Shown: in pieces, positions 50,151 through 54,425 of the stretch
How the letters are laid out: the number at the start of each line of letters is the position of its first letter
Numbering within the stretch: the first letter of the stretch is position 1
Virus record (IMG/VR): IMGVR_UViG_3300020043_000840
Span: 1-54,425 of that record
Length of the DNA stretch: 54,425 nucleotides
Reading direction: 5' to 3' (one strand)
DNA from: a virus
Taxonomy: Duplodnaviria > Caudoviricetes
Position numbers and translations under genes: made by a program
Notes under the pieces: model-generated
Seen by the model: only the letters and a program-made list of their open reading frames with translations
The model's database searches: none
Told to the model about the DNA's origin: nothing

Positions 50151-51269
50151 CTAAGGTCTAAATCTTAAAACCTCAGTCTCAGTGAACCACTCATCGCAAC
50201 CACTACAATGATAATTTGCGAACGCATCGTGCTCTAAATCGTGAAAGCAATTTACACATATAGGTTTCTCATCCTCTATGTTGAAGTCGCAATCGTCACA
50301 CTCATCGTCCAATATGTCTAACAAGCATACGCTCTTGGGCTCATCATATCCCATTTGGGAAAATATGCTTTGATACTTTTCGCTTTCTCTCTTGTCCTCC
50401 TTCTCCCAATAACTCAATGGTCTTGTGTCCTGAGTGTAGGTGCTGTGATGCTGTTTGCCATCTGCCTTTTCACGTATGTTAAAGTATACCCAACACTTAA
50501 GCACTCCGGTCTTGGTCTTTATGTCAATCTGCTTCCTTCTGTACCAATCAGGGTGACCCTCCAATCTATCAAGGTTTGCCAATACACTGCTACTCACTTT
50601 GAATATGTCCACCTCCACGTGATGACCTTGTCCACTCTTCTCAATCAAGTAAGGCAATCCACTAATGACAAGCGGATACTTTTTCTTTGTCGTTCCTTTA
50701 GATATAAATTTGGATGCACTCAAGTAACTATGATAGTTACTATACCCTTTCTTTAACGTGCCATACACTGCAATTAAATTGTCCTCAAGCACATTGTCTT
50801 TGCTGTACCATACGCCATCTCTCTGACTCCACAACTCTTTGTTGTAGATTTGGTATGTCCTGCTGTGCGTGTTAACTGACACGAACCTGCACTCGTACTG
50901 CTCCAACTCCTTCTTCCACTTGTGGCGTGGTATATCTCCTAGATTCTCTGCTAGTACCTTTGAGTCACTCTTCTTGACGTTACCAAGGTTTCTAATTGTT
51001 CCGTTCATCATAAGCCATTCCTGTTTGTTGTTCCCGCATCTGAACGGATGCGTATTTTCTTTATTGATAGCACCAATGGTAGCGTATCTAAAGTGAGCAA
51101 TGAATGGTCTCTCTGTGTCAAGTACTTTGTACTCTGATGACTTGTGATATGTTACCTCAAAGGTATCTAACCACACAACCCCCAACCCGTGAGGATTGAT
51201 TCGTGCTGAAGTCTTTGCAACTTCCTGAGGGACTTTCTTCCCCTTCTGCTTGATAATGATTACACACAT
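50151..51269 (-). CDS. Class II glutamine amidotransferase fused to gamma-glutamylcyclotransferase and a C-terminal Zn-ribbon
   Basis: N-terminal MC, NPHGLG, HFRYAT.G...NTHPF, NG, SDS; AVYGTLKKG...LDRLEG; CxxC...CxxC. Confidence 0.85.
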   Translation of the reverse strand: MCVIIIKQKGKKVPQEVAKTSARINPHGLGVVWLDTFEVTYHKSSEYKVLDTERPFIAHFRYATIGAINKENTHPFRCGNNKQEWLMMNGTIRNLGNVKKSDSKVLAENLGDIPRHKWKKELEQYECRFVSVNTHSRTYQIYNKELWSQRDGVWYSKDNVLEDNLIAVYGTLKKGYSNYHSYLSASKFISKGTTKKKYPLVISGLPYLIEKSGQGHHVEVDIFKVSSSVLANLDRLEGHPDWYRRKQIDIKTKTGVLKCWVYFNIREKADGKQHHSTYTQDTRPLSYWEKEDKRESEKYQSIFSQMGYDEPKSVCLLDILDDECDDCDFNIEDEKPICVNCFHDLEHDAFANYHCSGCDEWFTETEVLRFRP

Positions 51270-51291
51270 AAGCTAAATTGATTTGTGGGCA

Positions 51292-51307
51292 ATGTCTTTG
51301 AAGACAT
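51292..51307. repeat. Palindrome variant ATGTCTTTGAAGACAT between promoter and GATase start
   Basis: Read directly. Confidence 0.8.
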
Positions 51308-51335
51308 AGAACCCGATTAATGAACTGATAATGAA

Positions 51336-51367
51336 CAAAGATACGACATAAATTAGACATCTCCAAA
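51336..51367 (-). promoter_or_regulatory. Complete Bacteroidota sigma-A-type promoter TTTG-N20-TATCTTTG
   Basis: Both -33 and -7 elements with canonical spacing, upstream of GATase-GGCT. Confidence 0.75.
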
Positions 51368-51368
51368 T

Positions 51369-51527
51369 TTATTTTTTGATTGCCTTGAATTTTGCACGCT
51401 CCAAATAAGGATGTTCTCCTATAAATTTGTAGAACGTTTTGTCGATAGCCTCCCACTTTGTGTGGGCGACTACTGACAGCACAAAAGTTTTCTCGTAGTA
51501 AACTTTAAAAAAATACTGATTCTCCAT
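51369..51527 (-). CDS. Hypothetical 52-aa protein (not in ORF track)
   Basis: MENQYFFKVYYEKTFVLSVVAHTKWEAIDK...; AAATCAAATCAAAATG leader. Confidence 0.65.
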   Translation of the reverse strand: MENQYFFKVYYEKTFVLSVVAHTKWEAIDKTFYKFIGEHPYLERAKFKAIKK

Positions 51528-51545
51528 TTTGATTTGATTTAAGAT

Positions 51546-51836
51546 TTAATAATCATCCTCCAATCTCTCACCTGCATACGACTCATCGAAGTATCTATCC
51601 TTACGATATGGATACTTGTCACTATCGTAGCACTTGTCACACCAATCTCCCGTTCCGTATCCGTACGCATCGCATCTGCTTTCTACGAACTCCTTTGTGT
51701 CCTTAGTTCCACACTCTCTACATCTTGGTAGATTCTCGTGGCATCTCTCACAAAGGTTATCCTCGAACCACATATCGTGGCGTCCTTGTGGGTGCCCACA
51801 TAGTGAGCACTCCCAAACATCATTTGCTTTTGTCAT
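51546..51836 (-). CDS. Cys-rich zinc-finger-like protein
   Basis: Four CxxC pairs in 96 aa. Confidence 0.7.
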   Translation of the reverse strand: MTKANDVWECSLCGHPQGRHDMWFEDNLCERCHENLPRCRECGTKDTKEFVESRCDAYGYGTGDWCDKCYDSDKYPYRKDRYFDESYAGERLEDDY

Positions 51837-52042
51837 TACTTGGATTTTTTTACGTGATAGATTCTGATTCCGTCTTTTATCTTTACGTCAATGGGATACA
51901 ACTCCTCAAGGATTGAAAGATAATCTTTGTAGTTTTTCAACTCTGCCTTAGGCAAGTACAACAACCTATCAATGATAGGCTGTAGGATTTCGTTACGCTC
52001 TCTCACCTCTTGTTCGGGTGCGAATTGTTTTTGCTTTGTCAT
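51836..52042 (-). CDS. Hypothetical protein downstream of hammerhead 2 (68 aa)
   Basis: ATG 52042 (MTKQKQF...) with AAATCAAATCAAGATG leader. Confidence 0.7.
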   Translation of the reverse strand: MTKQKQFAPEQEVRERNEILQPIIDRLLYLPKAELKNYKDYLSILEELYPIDVKIKDGIRIYHVKKSK

Positions 52043-52063
52043 CTTGATTTGATTTAAGTGGTT

Positions 52064-52115
52064 TCCGTTTCGTCCTTTTGGACTCATCAGCCTAAGCGAT
52101 ACACTCAGGGACGGA
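52064..52115 (-). ncRNA. Type III hammerhead ribozyme 2
   Basis: UCCGU-C / CCUGAG-UGUAUCG-CUUAGG / CUGAUGA / GUCC-AAAA-GGAC / GAA-ACGGA; predicted cut after GUC (52110|52109). Confidence 0.95.
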
Positions 52116-52131
52116 GTGTCTTTAAAGACAC
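52116..52131. repeat. 16-bp perfect palindrome GTGTCTTTAAAGACAC abutting hammerhead 2
   Basis: Read directly. Confidence 0.9.
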
Positions 52132-52140
52132 CCCCACTTG

Positions 52141-52716
52141 TTAAGCTATGCAATAACTCTCATTTAAGATTCTCACTGCACTATCTACGTCCTCAGGTCG
52201 AACAACTAAAAAGAAGTTAGGGCAATACATCCCTTCGGTATCTGACTCCATCCTTCTTGTTGGTATCCCTGACACGTTAAGCATTGCCTCCACCGGCTCA
52301 AGGCTTACCTCCATAATTGTATGGAACACCGCATAGATTGGTTTGCTGTATCCCTCACTCCTTATCCACTCGCTCGTTAAGTCGAACTCAGGCTCCTGCA
52401 CATTCTCCTCAGGGATTGAGACATCAACACCACGTGAAAAACTATCAACGTGAACCCAACTGCCATCCCATTCCACCTCATTCAAGTACCACTTACCACG
52501 TCTCTGAATAATATGAACGCTAGATAATCCATTGAGCCTCTCTTTTGTAGTTGAGCTATCCCATCCCGCATTTGTTATCCATAGCCCATCCCTCCTGATT
52601 TCAGCTATCTTGTTACCGAATAGCCATAGGCTCTCGCCATTTGTACGGCTGTTGCCGATTGTAAGTGAACGGCTGTTCTGAAAAGCGTTCACAATGTCTC
52701 TTGTGATTTTTCTCAT
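52141..52716 (-). CDS. Hypothetical early-type phage protein
   Basis: 191 aa, L.GNKIA...ITNAGW...TTKERLNGL. Confidence 0.75.
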   Translation of the reverse strand: MRKITRDIVNAFQNSRSLTIGNSRTNGESLWLFGNKIAEIRRDGLWITNAGWDSSTTKERLNGLSSVHIIQRRGKWYLNEVEWDGSWVHVDSFSRGVDVSIPEENVQEPEFDLTSEWIRSEGYSKPIYAVFHTIMEVSLEPVEAMLNVSGIPTRRMESDTEGMYCPNFFLVVRPEDVDSAVRILNESYCIA

Positions 52717-52829
52717 TTGATTTGATTTTTAGGTGCCTCGCTCTCTCTGAAGTCTTTGATACATTGGTATGCAAAGAAAACAGCGAAAGCAATTGTGCAA
52801 GTGAATGCAAAAATGTAATTAATGCTCAT
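52713..52829 (-). CDS. Small membrane peptide (38 aa, not in ORF track)
   Basis: MSINYIFAFTCTIAFAVFFAYQCIKDFRESEAPKNQIK*; ATGA overlap with the next gene. Confidence 0.55.
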   Translation of the reverse strand: MSINYIFAFTCTIAFAVFFAYQCIKDFRESEAPKNQIK

Positions 52830-52848
52830 TGTCAATTGATTGTAGTGG

Positions 52849-53043
52849 TTACTTAATAATTTTCTTTAACTCACCCTCGATAACTATCATAGATACAGCA
52901 AGGGATAAAACTAATAACACCCAAACACCTAGGAAAGCCCCCATTGAGGAACTACCCTTAGATAGTAAATTGATTCCCGCAATTTGTACTAATAAGCATA
53001 AGCCTAAAGTGATTCCGATTTTTGTGATGATTCTCTTTTTCAT
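52849..53043 (-). CDS. Two-TM membrane peptide downstream of hammerhead 3 (64 aa)
   Basis: ATG 53043 (MKKRIITKIGITLGLCLLV...) with AAATCAAATCAAATG leader. Confidence 0.7.
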   Translation of the reverse strand: MKKRIITKIGITLGLCLLVQIAGINLLSKGSSSMGAFLGVWVLLVLSLAVSMIVIEGELKKIIK

Positions 53044-53064
53044 TTGATTTGATTTTTGTGGTTT

Positions 53065-53115
53065 ACTGTTTCGTTCTTTTGAACTCATCAGGAGGAGCAC
53101 TCACTCCCCGACAGT
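53065..53115 (-). ncRNA. Type III hammerhead ribozyme 3
   Basis: ACUGU-C / GGGGAG-UGAGUG-CUCCUC / CUGAUGA / GUUC-AAAA-GAAC / GAA-ACAGU; predicted cut after GUC (53110|53109). Confidence 0.95.
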
Positions 53116-53119
53116 GGGA

Positions 53120-53135
53120 GTGTCTTTAAAGACAC
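53120..53135. repeat. 16-bp perfect palindrome GTGTCTTTAAAGACAC
   Basis: - strand GGGG-GTGTCTTTAAAGACAC-TCCC. Confidence 0.9.
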
Positions 53136-53146
53136 CCCCGTAAGCC

Positions 53147-54019
53147 TTAACTCAAGTACATTGATATGTCTTGATGTATCTCACCTTTCAGTATGAACGC
53201 TCTGAATAACTTTGATAATCTCAACACCTCATTAGCCTCATCCTCATTGCCATTGTACATTGATAGCACAATAGGTTTGATTTTCTTAAGTAAGCCATCG
53301 TGCGACCCATTAGGCGTTGCAATGCTGTAATTAACAACCTCGTAAAATAGCTCATATCTCCTCATCATTTGCTTAACCGATTGGAAACGACTAGGAACTC
53401 TAAACTCTAGGCATCCACCCTTTACAAGGGCTAATTGGTACTTATGGTGCCAATTGTTAGACTCCTCGCTTTTTTGCATCCTGTTGTTATATCTGCAATA
53501 GCTGTTTGAAAGACGCTTTTTAAACAAGGCGTAAATGATACCGCAATTTTTACGGATAGCTTCTCTTAACTCACCACCACTCATCCCGTCACACGCTATC
53601 GTGATGTGACCGCCACATCGTCTATCGGACGGGCTAAATCTATCATCGATAATCTTTTCCGCCTTGTGCATCATATCATACACCTTCGTCCTCCATTGAC
53701 CCGCGGGTAGCAATGGTAATACGTGGGTCACCGCTTCGTACCCGCAAGACCCGTCACGCTCAAACCCGCAAAACAATTCATATTCACGTACCGCATTTCG
53801 TCAAAGTTGGTTTTTCTCGACCTCAAACCCGATAGTGAATTTAGACTCATACTCACCATCCTCAAACCTAATTGCACTACGCTGTTGAGCGGGCTTAAGC
53901 CCTGAAATGTCAATAGCGTGCTTGCTCTTGTTTAAAAATAGTGGTGAGGGTTTCCCGTGGTAACTTGCCACTTGCCCCCTTCGGCTCTCGCCTGTTTTTG
54001 TGTAAATAATTCCGTTCAT
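53147..54019 (-). CDS. Putative amidoligase (COOH-NH2 ligase / glutamine synthetase-like) interrupted by one in-frame TGA at 53801-53803
   Basis: IGFEVEK NQL*RNAVREYELFCG FERDGS..YEAVT...CGGHITI...LEFR; the two track ORFs are in the same frame. Confidence 0.75.
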
Positions 54020-54040
54020 AGTTGTAGTGGTTTTATGTGG

Positions 54041-54424
54041 TTATCTATTTTCTAAACTAAATCTTAGTACACTTATTGCCTCCGCTATTTGCTCGTCCGT
54101 GTTCGTGGTTTTCAATAAACCATTCGCATCGATACGTACGGAAACATTACCGCCCTCACCCTTGTAAGTGAATGTTAGGATGGTTTCAACACGTGTCTCA
54201 ACTTGAGGCTCATCTCCACCCTCGCTCTCGCTCTCACTCTCTCCACCCTCGCTCTCACTCTCTCCACCCGTATTCACTTGCTTAGCGAATTTCAATAAAC
54301 CCTCAAGTGAACGATTCGGCTCCTCACCTCTCGCCTCTACCTCATTGCACTTTGTGTTGAACGATTCAATTACAGACTCCTCAAGGCGTCCCGCCTTTAC
54401 TACTTTGTAGAAAAAAGACTTTTG
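54041..54424 (-). CDS. Partial hypothetical protein (runs off the window) with GGESESE low-complexity linker
   Basis: Frame stays open from 54424 to the stop at 54041. Confidence 0.65.
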   Translation of the reverse strand, partial: QKSFFYKVVKAGRLEESVIESFNTKCNEVEARGEEPNRSLEGLLKFAKQVNTGGESESEGGESESESEGGDEPQVETRVETILTFTYKGEGGNVSVRIDANGLLKTTNTDEQIAEAISVLRFSLENR

Positions 54425-54425
54425 C

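Noticed and set aside
50044-53100. Long N-terminal extensions of track ORFs 49819..50136, 51836..52153 and 52849..53100 (e.g. PTDESER, LMSPKGR, LMSSKER)
   Set aside because: They are translations of the hammerhead sequences; better ATGs with the typical leader lie at 50043, 52042 and 53043
46424-53135. Palindromes as a CRISPR array or as terminators
   Set aside because: Copies are 0.8-3.7 kb apart with genes between them, no cas genes are present, and none of these copies has a U-tract
53801-53803. Selenocysteine or genetic-code reassignment of TGA
   Set aside because: No convincing SECIS-like hairpin right after the codon, no Sec or suppressor tRNA seen, and TGA terminates other genes here
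1-54425. tRNA genes, integrase, DNA polymerase
   Set aside because: None recognised by eye; intergenic gaps are short and explained, but such genes may lie outside the window

Overview
This window is a large part of a dsDNA tailed phage genome. The host is probably a Bacteroidota/Flavobacteria member: TAnnTTTG promoter boxes recur and start codons have A-rich, SD-less leaders. The + strand (1-38.5 kb) carries lysis genes, a long tail fibre with an S74 chaperone, GroES-like and 2OG-Fe(II)-like genes, terminase, portal, scaffold, major capsid, podovirus-type tail proteins and three probable ejection proteins. The largest of these (3113 aa) contains a RelA/SpoT-like domain. The - strand (38.5-54.4 kb) carries nucleases, an SF2 helicase, a primase-helicase, an SSB/exonuclease/Sak recombination module, two DnaA-domain-IV-like proteins and an early-type region with an amidoligase and a GATase-GGCT gene. 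The most striking signal is non-coding. Three type III hammerhead ribozymes with covarying stems (50064-50115, 52064-52115, 53065-53115, - strand) each sit in the same cassette: stop codon, 16-bp palindrome GTGTCTTTAAAGACAC, ribozyme, then an AUG 66-67 nt after the predicted cut. The palindrome occurs at least 9 times, including inside three genes in three different codon phases. A fourth cassette has a pseudoknot in place of the ribozyme, upstream of the SSB-like gene. Other oddities are a single in-frame TGA in the amidoligase and a probable overprinted 49-aa gene inside the giant ORF. All protein calls come from motif recognition by eye; no searches were run.
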